A stretch of DNA of 56,146 nucleotides from a virus: IMG/VR virus record IMGVR_UViG_3300029848_000009. One strand, given 5' to 3'. Shown piece by piece: positions 1-8,177 of this stretch. Every line of letters begins with the position of its first letter. The stretch's first letter is position 1. The translations under genes and the position numbers were made by a program. The notes under the pieces are model-generated. The model was not told where the DNA came from and made no database searches. It saw only the letters and a program-made list of their open reading frames with translations.

Positions 1-99
1 CGGTGTGAGCCGGACATGGAAAGACCGTGAAAGCCTTTTTATTGGAGTGTTTCCGTTTGTAAAAGCAATGTAATTAAAGAAGATTGAGCGTGACCATAT
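1..99. repeat. 99-bp terminal direct overlap (1-99 identical to 56048-56146): closed circular or circularly permuted genome, 56,047 unique bp
   Basis: Both contig ends read cggtgtgagccggacatgg...gattgagcgtgaccatat. The overlap carries the last 70 nt plus stop (71-73 = 56118-56120) of the connector gene. Confidence 0.95.
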
Positions 100-173
100 T
101 GCCGATGCCGGTAAAATGGTTGCAGGCGGCGCACATTAAGCGGTGGTGGGCAGTGCGTCAAAAGGAGATTCAA

Positions 174-503
174 ATGAAAAGTATTTTGATTCAAACTTAT
201 CTTGTGGCACTTCCGATAGTGCTTGGATATATAGTTTGGCTTCTTAAACAACAAAAGAAAAGCAGGGATGCGAACAGTAAAGGAACAATGCTCCTTTTGC
301 GCGTCCAGCTTATTGAATACCATGCAAAGTACACCAGAATCGGAGAAATACCGTCATATGCCTATCAGAACTTTTGCGAGATGTATGATGCGTACCATGC
401 GTTAGGTGGAAACGGAATGGTTACGAAAATGAAACATGAGATTGAAGAGATTCATATAGGGAAAGGAGATAAAAGCCATGAGGAATTGGAAGGATTGGAC
501 TAA
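174..503 (+). CDS. Small membrane protein with N-terminal TM helix, directly upstream of holin-like gene (possible lysis accessory)
   Basis: ATG 174 preceded by AAGGAG (162-167), same frame as track ORF 84-503. N-terminus MKSILIQTYLVALPIVLGYIVWLL followed by KQQKK. Confidence 0.6.
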   Translation: MKSILIQTYLVALPIVLGYIVWLLKQQKKSRDANSKGTMLLLRVQLIEYHAKYTRIGEIPSYAYQNFCEMYDAYHALGGNGMVTKMKHEIEEIHIGKGDKSHEELEGLD

Positions 504-681
504 GAAAGCCGGAATCAGAGCAATCAAGACTGTTGCACAGGCGGCGATTGCAGGAATTGGAACGGCGGCATTTATGGGCGCGGTGGATTGGAAATATGTT
601 CTTTCTGCATCAGTCCTTGCCGGAGTGTTATCGCTTCTGACAAGTGTTGCCGGAATCCCGGAGGAAAACACCAATGCTTGA
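478..681 (+). CDS. Holin-like two-TM protein (pattern resembles LL-H / Phage_holin_6-type holins)
   Basis: 67 aa with AAAGGAGAT RBS. IRAIKTVAQAAIAGIGTAAF and LSASVLAGVLSLLTSVAGIPEE form two hydrophobic helices with charged ends. Confidence 0.6.
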   Translation: MRNWKDWTKKAGIRAIKTVAQAAIAGIGTAAFMGAVDWKYVLSASVLAGVLSLLTSVAGIPEENTNA

Positions 682-1132
682 CATTAACAAGCAGGAAATG
701 AAGTATTCACAATCCGGTCAGAGGGTATTTATCCCACAAACTGACGAAAATGGAGATATTGTCTATGAAGGGTACAAGGATTCCGATGGGAACTTTGTAC
801 CTTATTTAGATTCCGAAGGCAACAAGATTCCAAAAGGCGAGGAAGTTGAAGGGTTTTCAGAACCTACAACATTCAAAGCCAATATCAGCAATAAGCTGTC
901 AGAAGCCCTTGTGAAAGAATTCGGAATTGATGATAGTACATCATACTGTCAGCTTGTCACGGATAAAGGATATTTGCCACTGAAAGCCGGTGATGTGGTG
1001 TGGAAACGTTCGGAAATCAAACGCACTGATGATGGACTTGTGGATTCAGAAACCGCAGACTACATCGTAAAAGGAGTTGCTGATGAAGGACTGACCACGG
1101 ATTTGTTTCTTCTTCGGAAGAATATTAAGTAG
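674..1132 (+). CDS. Head-tail joining / head-closure candidate (by position only)
   Basis: ATG 674 after GGAGGAAAA, same frame as track ORF 644-1132. Lies between the connector and major tail genes. Confidence 0.45.
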   Translation: MLDINKQEMKYSQSGQRVFIPQTDENGDIVYEGYKDSDGNFVPYLDSEGNKIPKGEEVEGFSEPTTFKANISNKLSEALVKEFGIDDSTSYCQLVTDKGYLPLKAGDVVWKRSEIKRTDDGLVDSETADYIVKGVADEGLTTDLFLLRKNIK

Positions 1133-1140
1133 GTAATCAC

Positions 1141-1683
1141 ATGGCAAAGAAAACTATTTCAATGACACTATCCACTAAATCCATACAAGCCGCCATAAAG
1201 GAATTAGAAAAGTACCGCGATAGTTTACAGGCTAAATGCGATTTACTTGTTTCTAGGCTTGCACAGATAGGTCAGACGGTGGCAATACAACACATATCGG
1301 AATCCCCATTAGGAAACACGATAACGGTAAGGGTAGATAAAGCACCGCAGTTAATGACCTCGAACGCGATTCTCATTGCGACCGGAAAAACGGTAACGTC
1401 AGAAGATAGAGAACCGTTCTATACTTTGTTGGCGGTAGAGTTTGGAGCCGGTATTTTTTATAACTCCGAAGAGAACCCGAAAGCACCGGAACTTGGATTC
1501 GGTGTAGGCACATATCCGGGGCAAATACACGCTTTTGAAGATGGTTGGTACTATTGGGACGATAAGACCGAAACATGGCGTTATACCCACGGTATCAAAG
1601 CCACAATGCCTATGTACAATGCGGAACAACAGATTATTCAACAGTATGTAAAGATTGCAAGGGAGGTATTCGGTGGAAAATGA
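1141..1683 (+). CDS. Head-tail joining / tail-completion candidate (by position only)
   Basis: 180-aa ORF tightly packed in the structural operon upstream of the major tail protein. Confidence 0.45.
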   Translation: MAKKTISMTLSTKSIQAAIKELEKYRDSLQAKCDLLVSRLAQIGQTVAIQHISESPLGNTITVRVDKAPQLMTSNAILIATGKTVTSEDREPFYTLLAVEFGAGIFYNSEENPKAPELGFGVGTYPGQIHAFEDGWYYWDDKTETWRYTHGIKATMPMYNAEQQIIQQYVKIAREVFGGK

Positions 1684-2083
1684 GTTAAATAGTTGGGCAC
1701 TTGATTTCGAAGATACCTTATGTTCCCTTTTGAAATCGTACATGGAAAGCAAGGTAAAAGGAATTAAAGTGACGCAAGATGAAGAATCGGGCGGCACCGC
1801 AACATTTCCTACGCTTTTAGTCAGACAAATCGGTGTGACAGAAGCCGGACGAACTAATGAAGCAAAGACAATCAATGCAATTCGCCCAACATTTCAGATC
1901 ACAATTACAAACAAAGGTTCAAGAAAAGCAACTAAGGACATCGCAGCATATGCGGTGTCTTTTTTTAAACAACAAATGTTTGAGGTATCAAATATAGTTT
2001 CAACAATTTCCAAGCAAGTGCGAACGGTTACATTCCGCGCAACTCGCGTAATTGGAAACGTTGAGCATTTAGATCAGCTATAA
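1655..2083 (+). CDS. Tail terminator / completion candidate (by position); probable start GTG 1673 after GGGAGG
   Basis: ORF overlaps the previous gene end. Last gene before the major tail protein. Confidence 0.45.
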   Translation: MQGRYSVENELNSWALDFEDTLCSLLKSYMESKVKGIKVTQDEESGGTATFPTLLVRQIGVTEAGRTNEAKTINAIRPTFQITITNKGSRKATKDIAAYAVSFFKQQMFEVSNIVSTISKQVRTVTFRATRVIGNVEHLDQL

Positions 2084-2103
2084 GCAGAAAGGAAGTAGAA
2101 AAT

Positions 2104-2589
2104 ATGGCATCAACAAGTTATAAAACGCGTGTCATTGTAAAAGAGCACACGGAAAAACAGGCCGACTTTGCAGGAACATACAATCTTTTGGTCGCAGCTA
2201 AGTCAGTTCCAAGTCCTGCATCACCACCAAACACTGTTGAATCAACCACAATGGAGGACGATCAACAGACATTCGAGAAAGGCATTAAGACTTCGGATTC
2301 AAGAGAAATCACAGGAAACCTTGAAAAAGAATATCTTTCAAAGGTGGATGGATATGGAGATAAAAAACTTGATATTATCCATCTGTACGGAACGGACGGT
2401 ATTGGCGGCGTTGCAAAATATGCATATGTCGGAACTGCAACAGCCACACCTAACGATGTAGGTGGAAACGATGAAATCCTTGAAATGACGGTAACGGTTA
2501 TTCCAAGTACAGCATCAGAGCTTGTTACAGATAAGCTGACTGTCGTTGATAACAACGATGGTACATTTACCGTAACAGTGGTGGGGTAA
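2104..2589 (+). CDS. Major tail protein
   Basis: 161 aa with GGAAG RBS. Position is immediately upstream of the chaperone pair and tape measure. Ser/Thr/Val-rich beta-type sequence typical of siphovirus tube proteins. Confidence 0.7.
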   Translation: MASTSYKTRVIVKEHTEKQADFAGTYNLLVAAKSVPSPASPPNTVESTTMEDDQQTFEKGIKTSDSREITGNLEKEYLSKVDGYGDKKLDIIHLYGTDGIGGVAKYAYVGTATATPNDVGGNDEILEMTVTVIPSTASELVTDKLTVVDNNDGTFTVTVVG

Positions 2590-2592
2590 AAA

Positions 2593-2644
2593 GCCTATCG
2601 GACGAGCAATCGACCGCACCGGTAGGCGAGGATGATCGGTCGAT
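2593..2644 (+). other. Interleaved complementary segments able to form an H-type pseudoknot (or two mutually exclusive hairpins) just after the major tail stop codon
   Basis: Stem 1 is 2593-2601 gcctatcgg with 2619-2627 ccggtaggc (9 bp, one G-U). Stem 2 is 2609-2616 atcgaccg with 2637-2644 cggtcgat (8 bp perfect). The 5' strand of stem 2 lies inside the stem 1 loop. Confidence 0.5.
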
Positions 2645-2732
2645 AGCAGAACTTGAAGCAATAAGATAAGCAACAATGGGGCGGTGGCAACACTGCCCCT
2701 TGCCAATATAGGGCAGAAAGGCAAGGTAAAGT

Positions 2733-3155
2733 ATGAAAGTAAATTTAGGAAATAGCGAATATTCAATCAAATTTGGTTTTAAGCCAACATTAAAGTCACA
2801 TCTTATCAAAGATGTATCAGAGTCGGTAAGCGAGCAGGACGGAAGTTTAGAATCCGTAGAGAAACTGTTACTTGAAACACTTCCTAAGATGCTTCTTGTA
2901 GGACTGCAAGTAAACCATAAGGACGAGTTTGGATATGACTACTATACAAACGAGAAATACGATGAGCAGTTTAATAAGGTGCTTGATCTGCTTTCTGAAA
3001 AAATTGACGATGGTGAGATTGACTGTATTGAGTTGTTCAACGAATTAGAGAATGAGTTGGAGTCAAACAGTTTTTTAGCGAAAATGATGGAGACGGAGAA
3101 GAAGAATCGAACACCGGCAAAGAAAGCTCCATCCAAGACAGCCAACAAGAACTAA
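2733..3155 (+). CDS. Tail assembly chaperone (gpG-like)
   Basis: 140-aa acidic protein between the major tail protein and tape measure. Contains a slippery heptamer near its 3' end. Confidence 0.75.
   Translation: MKVNLGNSEYSIKFGFKPTLKSHLIKDVSESVSEQDGSLESVEKLLLETLPKMLLVGLQVNHKDEFGYDYYTNEKYDEQFNKVLDLLSEKIDDGEIDCIELFNELENELESNSFLAKMMETEKKNRTPAKKAPSKTANKN
3071..3077 (+). promoter_or_regulatory. -1 programmed ribosomal frameshift site T_TTT_TTA (G/GT chaperone fusion)
   Basis: Zero-frame codons are agt ttt tta. The -1 frame is open from 3056 through 3535, so slippage yields a 2733-3535 fusion. Confidence 0.75.
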
Positions 3156-3196
3156 CATGGGAATATTACGTTGCGGAAATCCGTCCGTTTTACCTT

Positions 3197-3535
3197 ATGG
3201 TAACGAAAGGCTACGGATTTTCCGTTGATGATATAGATATGATGAATCCAGAGTTGCTTAAGCCTTATGTGGATGCATATAAGGCAGAATGGAAGCAACG
3301 CGATATGGAAATGTATATGTGGTTCGGCAGATATGCAACGTCAGCACTTGTGACCGCAATAGACGCGACATTCGGCAAGGGTAATAGTAAGTATGTGAAA
3401 GAAACTTGCTATGATTCCATCGAAAAGCATAATACGGACGATCCCGATGCAGAGATACGAGAAATGCTTAAGGCAGAAGAAGCATGGGCGGCTAAATCAA
3501 GAGAATCACATTTACCAAAGCCAAAGATAGTTTAA
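3197..3535 (+). CDS. T-part of the tail chaperone, probably expressed only as the -1 frameshift fusion with 2733-3077
   Basis: Frame is -1 relative to 2733-3155 and open upstream to 3056. No convincing RBS before ATG 3197. Confidence 0.65.
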   Translation: MVTKGYGFSVDDIDMMNPELLKPYVDAYKAEWKQRDMEMYMWFGRYATSALVTAIDATFGKGNSKYVKETCYDSIEKHNTDDPDAEIREMLKAEEAWAAKSRESHLPKPKIV

Positions 3536-3551
3536 GAAAAGAGGTATTGCC

Positions 3552-4241
3552 ATGGCAGTAATTATCGGAAGTGCGCGGCATGATGAACACGGCAACTGCT
3601 ATTCTGGTGGAAAAGCCGGAGACCAGACCGGACAGGAAGTGTCTACGCAGAAGTTTTACAACCATTCTAAGGGATGGAATGTGTTAAGAGCAAAGGATAA
3701 TAAGGTTGCGGAGAAGTTAGCTGAAGCTATGAAGATTGCGTGTGGCAACAAAAACATCGGCTATGACCAATCGGAACGCTACGGAGTCATTAAACATGGC
3801 ATTAGCGCAAAGGTTAAGACGGAATGCGATTGTTCTTCTCTTGTACGCGCTTGTATTATCCATGCATTCGGGAAAGATGTAGGAGATTTCAATACTGCAA
3901 ACGAAAGAATCATTCTTTTGAAATCCGGCTTGTTTACCGATGCTGGTTCTTACCGAATCGGAGAACTGCTTTACAACGGGGACATTCTTGTGACGCGTAC
4001 AAAAGGTCACACTGCAATCGTTGTAAGTGGAGCAAAGAAAAATGCAAGCAAGTATTATTCGATGTATACCGGAAAATCTGGATCAATCGTTGAAGCATTA
4101 AAAGCGGTTGGGGAAGATGATGTGTCAAAAGAACATCGCGCGGAAATCGCAAAAAAGAACGGATTTTCCAATTTTAAGTTTACATCAGAGGAAAATTCAA
4201 AAATGATTTCTCTTCTGAAAAAGGGAAAACTGAAAAAGTAA
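3552..4241 (+). CDS. Putative peptidoglycan hydrolase (NlpC/P60- or CHAP-like Cys/His enzyme) with C-terminal wall-binding-like domain; only lysin candidate in the genome
   Basis: Candidate catalytic Cys in ECDCSSLVRAC and His in TKGHTAIVVSG. GAGG RBS, followed by a strong terminator. Confidence 0.5.
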   Translation: MAVIIGSARHDEHGNCYSGGKAGDQTGQEVSTQKFYNHSKGWNVLRAKDNKVAEKLAEAMKIACGNKNIGYDQSERYGVIKHGISAKVKTECDCSSLVRACIIHAFGKDVGDFNTANERIILLKSGLFTDAGSYRIGELLYNGDILVTRTKGHTAIVVSGAKKNASKYYSMYTGKSGSIVEALKAVGEDDVSKEHRAEIAKKNGFSNFKFTSEENSKMISLLKKGKLKK

Positions 4242-4246
4242 TTCAA

Positions 4247-4278
4247 GGGCGGTAGGGGTCAAATCCTACCGCCCTTTT
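4247..4278 (+). terminator. Intrinsic terminator
   Basis: gggcggtagg (4247-4256) pairs with cctaccgccc (4265-4274), followed by tttt. Confidence 0.8.
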
Positions 4279-4330
4279 AACCGGCTATCAATGTGGAAGA
4301 TAGCCGCTAACCTAAAAAAGTTATAGGAAG
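4279..4330 (+). promoter_or_regulatory. Conserved hairpin-plus-tail element, copy A (upstream of tape measure); copy B at 49230-49279
   Basis: aaccggctatc..gatagccgctaacctaaaaaagttataggaag. About 80 percent identical to copy B, with a compensatory base-pair change in the stem. Confidence 0.6.
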
Positions 4331-4341
4331 TTGGTGGATAA

Positions 4342-7300
4342 ATGGAATTAGAGTCTCTTGAAATAAAAATCCAAGCACAGGCACAACAGGCAAGCGGTCG
4401 GATAGATGCGCTTGTGACAAGACTTGGGAGATTATCTTCCGCGCTTTCTGGACTTAATACCGGAAATCTGAATAGTCTTTCCACAGGGGTAAACCGACTT
4501 GCAGGGGCAATGACGGCAATGCGTGGAATTGACACACGGACTTTTTCTGCGGTTGCAAGAAATATAAGCAAATTAGGCTCTATCAACAGCAAGCAGATTA
4601 ATGCTGCGGCTGGTTCTATGCGTCAGATTTCCAATGCATTAAAAGGGATTTCTGGAATGTCGGCATCCGTTAAGGGTCTGACCGACCTTGCGTCTGCAAT
4701 CAAACAGCTTGGTTACCAGAGTTCCACCAAGGCGATTGAAAATATTCCGAAACTTGCCACGGCAATGCGACAGCTTATGTCCGAATTGTCGAAAGCCCCT
4801 AGCGTAAGCCGGAATATTATTGACATGACAAACGCATTGGCAAAATTATCGCGTACCGGTGGAGCGGCAGGAACAGCGGCAAAAAGCATCACAAGCTCAT
4901 TTAGTGGATTTAGTTCCAGTGCTTCTGCGGTTACCAAGAAGTCGTTTTCTCTTGCGTCTGCAATCGGAAAAGTGTATGCAACGTATTGGGCTTTATTTCG
5001 CGGATTTAGGCTACTTGGAGACGCCATTGACATATCATCCTCACTGACAGAGGTTGAGAACGTTGTAAGGCAGACATTCGGGCAGTATGAAAGCCTAATT
5101 AACAATTTCGCAAAAACATCAATTGAAAAATTCGGTATGTCCGAATTGTCCGCGAAACAGTTTGCAAGCCGTTTCCAAGCCATGGGAACTGCCCTTGATA
5201 TTCCACAAGGAAAAATGGCAAAAATGTCTATCCGGTTGACCGAATTAGCCGGAGATATGGCTTCATTCTATGATGTGAGCCAAGAAGATATTGCCAAGAG
5301 TCTGCAATCTGTATTTTCCGGTACTACGGCACCTATGCGGCGTTATGGTATCGACTTGACACAGGCAACATTAAAGGAATGGGCGTTAAAGCAAGGGCTT
5401 GATGCGAACATTTCCTCAATGACGCAGGCTCAAAAAGCCATGTTGCGTTATCAGTATGTGCTTGCGCATACAACCAATATCACCGGAGACTTTGCACGTA
5501 CAGCCGATACGTGGCATAACCAGATAACCATGCTTAAAGAGAACTTCAAAGCACTTGGAGCGGTCGTTGGTGGTGGTTTAATCAATGCGTTCAAGCCATT
5601 TATCAAGGTACTCAATGCAGTTCTGCAAAAGGTTATTTCCTTCGCAGAAATGGTCACAAATGCTTTAGGTTCAATCTTTGGATGGAGATATGAAGCAAGC
5701 AAAGGGGCAGGAATCAGCGGTCTTGCTGATGATATTGGAAGCGCATCTGACGGCATGGACGATTTAAGTAATGCCGCAGGAAGCGCAGGGAAAAACACGG
5801 GTGGTATCGCAAAAAATGCCAAGAAAGCAAAAAAGGAAATCCAACAGGCAACTCGTGCATTTGATGAATTAAAGGTTATTTCAAAACAAAGTAAAGATAA
5901 TACTTCCGGTTCCGGGAATAAAGGTTCTGGTTCTGGATCTGGTTCAGGTGCTGGTGGCGGCACCGGTGCTGATGGTGGATTAGTTCAGACGGACACCATC
6001 TTTAAGAAATTCAAAAGCAAAATCAAAGACCTTGAACAGTTGGGAGAGTCTATTTCCGGTGCGTTAATTAACGCAATGAAAAAAATTAAATGGGAAAAAG
6101 TGTATGCAAAAGCTGAAGGTTTTGGAAGGGGATTAGCCAAATTCCTTAACGGACTATTTAAAGGGCAAAAAGGAACAACGCTTTTCGGAGAAACCGGAAA
6201 ACTGATCGCAAATTCATTAAACACGGTGCTTCATGGATTGGATTCGTTTGGAACGACATTTAATTGGAAGCAATTTGGAAATTCAATCGCAGACGGAATA
6301 AACAAGTTTTTCCAAAACTTTGACTTTGCATTATTGGCTAAAACGCTTAATTCGTGGGCGCAGGGCGCGTTTGATACAGTTACGACAGCATTAAGTAAAA
6401 TTTCATGGAAGGATGTATGGAACGGAGCAAAGGAGTTTTTAAGCAACCTAGATGTAAAAACAGTTGGAATCATAATCGGTGCGCTGACAATCAAAAAAAT
6501 TCTTGGATTACATCTTGCAAAAACCGCACTTGATATAATCGGAACTTCCATTTCAAAAGCAATAGCTGGTTCACTTGCATCAAGGCTTGGCGTTGAAATT
6601 GCGGCAAATGAGGGAATCTCGGCAGTATTGTCTACCGCTTTGTCAAAAAAAATAGGTGGGGCGTTTGCTACACTTGGAACAACTGTTTCAGCTGGTGTCA
6701 AAGCTTTATTCGGTAGCGGTGCGGCAGAGAGCGCACTTTCTTTTATCAGCCCGGTAGCAAAAGCTATAACCGGGATTGGCTCTGTTGCGATTGGCGCATT
6801 TACTGCAATATCAAACTTTGTGACCATGTTAAAGAACGGATTCAGTTGGCTTAATGAAGCACTTATGCTTGTCGGAGTTACGATTACGGCAGTCGGAGCG
6901 GTTATTTTAGGGGTAGCGGCAGCACCTGCAGCGATTACCGCAGGAATAGTATCCGGTGTTGCAACGGCGGCTGTAGTAGTCAAGGATCATTGGAAAGAAA
7001 TAAAAGGAATTTTCTCAAAAGCAGGAGATTGGTTTAATACTAATGTGATTAAGCCAATAAGCGGTTTTTTTAAGGGATTATGGGAATCTGTTTCCGGTTT
7101 TTTCTCTTCTTTATGGAAAGATATATCCGGTGTATGGAAAACAGTTTCTGGATGGTTCAATACTAATGTTATAACTCCTATTGTTTCATTTTTCCAAGGA
7201 TTTTCGAAAAGAGTTGGTCAAATCTTTCAAGGATTGTGGATCATTGTCAAGGCTGTATGGATTGTTGTTTCTGATTGGTTTAAATCAAAGGTAATAGAGC

Positions 7301-8115
7301 CAATAAAGAAGAATTTTGAATTATTGAAATCGGCAGTATCAACCGCATTCAAGGTTCTATGGACAACTGTGAAATCTGTATGGGCGGTGGTTTCCGGTTG
7401 GTTTAAGGAGCATGTTACAACACCTATCAAGAATGCTTTTAGCTCAGCAAAAGAATCTATTCAGAAAGCTTTTAGCGCGGCAAAGACAGCGGTAACCGGT
7501 GCGTGGAATAGTGTTTCTAGTTGGTTTAAAGAACATGTAACCACCCCGATAAAAAATGCTTTCTCGAAGATGAAAGAAAGTGTAGCTGAAATATTCAGCA
7601 AATTATGGAATAGCGTGAAAAGTGGTGTTGCCGGGGCAATGAACACCGTAATTTCAAGAATTGAAACAGCAATAAATTCATTGATCGGTGGAGTGAATAC
7701 CGTTTTGAGAGGGTTCAACAGTGTTGTTTCTGCGGCGGCTAAAGTAGCAAAGGTAAAGTGGAGCGGAGTCGATCTTGTGCCGAAAGTGAGCCTACCTAAA
7801 GTAAAGGCTTATGCAACGGGCGGTTTTATGGATAAATATAGCATAGCAACAGTTGGAGAAAATGGACTTCCGGAAATTATGGGAACAGTCGGAGGTAAGC
7901 CAGCGGTCGCAGGAAGCCAAGAAATTACCGGAATCAAAGATGCTATCAATTCAACATCTGCGCAAGAGGTTTCCTTACTGCGACAACAAAATCAGTTATT
8001 ACAAGCTATTTTACAGAAAAATTTCGGAATTACTACAAACGACATAGGAAAAGCTGCAAGGGATTATGGTAGAGAACATTACAATCGAACCGGAGACAAT
8101 GTATATGTTTTTTAG
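4342..8115 (+). CDS. Tail tape measure protein
   Basis: 1257 aa, follows the chaperones. Ala/Gly/Ser-rich with hydrophobic central segments, Trp/Phe-periodic repeats and a GSGSGSGSGAGGG tract. Confidence 0.9.
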   Translation: MELESLEIKIQAQAQQASGRIDALVTRLGRLSSALSGLNTGNLNSLSTGVNRLAGAMTAMRGIDTRTFSAVARNISKLGSINSKQINAAAGSMRQISNALKGISGMSASVKGLTDLASAIKQLGYQSSTKAIENIPKLATAMRQLMSELSKAPSVSRNIIDMTNALAKLSRTGGAAGTAAKSITSSFSGFSSSASAVTKKSFSLASAIGKVYATYWALFRGFRLLGDAIDISSSLTEVENVVRQTFGQYESLINNFAKTSIEKFGMSELSAKQFASRFQAMGTALDIPQGKMAKMSIRLTELAGDMASFYDVSQEDIAKSLQSVFSGTTAPMRRYGIDLTQATLKEWALKQGLDANISSMTQAQKAMLRYQYVLAHTTNITGDFARTADTWHNQITMLKENFKALGAVVGGGLINAFKPFIKVLNAVLQKVISFAEMVTNALGSIFGWRYEASKGAGISGLADDIGSASDGMDDLSNAAGSAGKNTGGIAKNAKKAKKEIQQATRAFDELKVISKQSKDNTSGSGNKGSGSGSGSGAGGGTGADGGLVQTDTIFKKFKSKIKDLEQLGESISGALINAMKKIKWEKVYAKAEGFGRGLAKFLNGLFKGQKGTTLFGETGKLIANSLNTVLHGLDSFGTTFNWKQFGNSIADGINKFFQNFDFALLAKTLNSWAQGAFDTVTTALSKISWKDVWNGAKEFLSNLDVKTVGIIIGALTIKKILGLHLAKTALDIIGTSISKAIAGSLASRLGVEIAANEGISAVLSTALSKKIGGAFATLGTTVSAGVKALFGSGAAESALSFISPVAKAITGIGSVAIGAFTAISNFVTMLKNGFSWLNEALMLVGVTITAVGAVILGVAAAPAAITAGIVSGVATAAVVVKDHWKEIKGIFSKAGDWFNTNVIKPISGFFKGLWESVSGFFSSLWKDISGVWKTVSGWFNTNVITPIVSFFQGFSKRVGQIFQGLWIIVKAVWIVVSDWFKSKVIEPIKKNFELLKSAVSTAFKVLWTTVKSVWAVVSGWFKEHVTTPIKNAFSSAKESIQKAFSAAKTAVTGAWNSVSSWFKEHVTTPIKNAFSKMKESVAEIFSKLWNSVKSGVAGAMNTVISRIETAINSLIGGVNTVLRGFNSVVSAAAKVAKVKWSGVDLVPKVSLPKVKAYATGGFMDKYSIATVGENGLPEIMGTVGGKPAVAGSQEITGIKDAINSTSAQEVSLLRQQNQLLQAILQKNFGITTNDIGKAARDYGREHYNRTGDNVYVF
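7399..7563 (+). repeat. Internal tandem repeat inside the tape measure gene
   Basis: tggtttaaggagcatgttacaacacctatcaagaatgctttt (7399-7440) versus tggtttaaagaacatgtaaccaccccgataaaaaatgctttc (7522-7563). Both encode WFKEHVTTPIKNAF. Confidence 0.8.
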
Positions 8116-8177
8116 TGACTTCTATAATAGAACGTGATATAATTCTAAATAAATCATATCACAAGAAAGGAGTCATT

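Noticed and set aside
2584-2670. Programmed frameshift extending the major tail protein
   Set aside because: No canonical slippery heptamer is present at ggg taa, and the -1 extension is only 27 codons. It is kept as a structural observation only (see the pseudoknot finding).
5890-5985. GSGSGSGSGAGGGTGADGG-coding repeat as a possible independent element
   Set aside because: It is an in-frame low-complexity linker within the tape measure protein, which is common in this protein class.
4713-6983. Long minus-strand ORFs (4713-5183, 5451-5963, 6231-6983; up to 250 aa) inside the tape measure gene
   Set aside because: They are antisense shadows of a compositionally biased (Ala/Gly/Ser-rich) + strand gene of 1257 aa. 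They have no RBSs, their translations are low-complexity, and they would interrupt a uniformly + strand operon.
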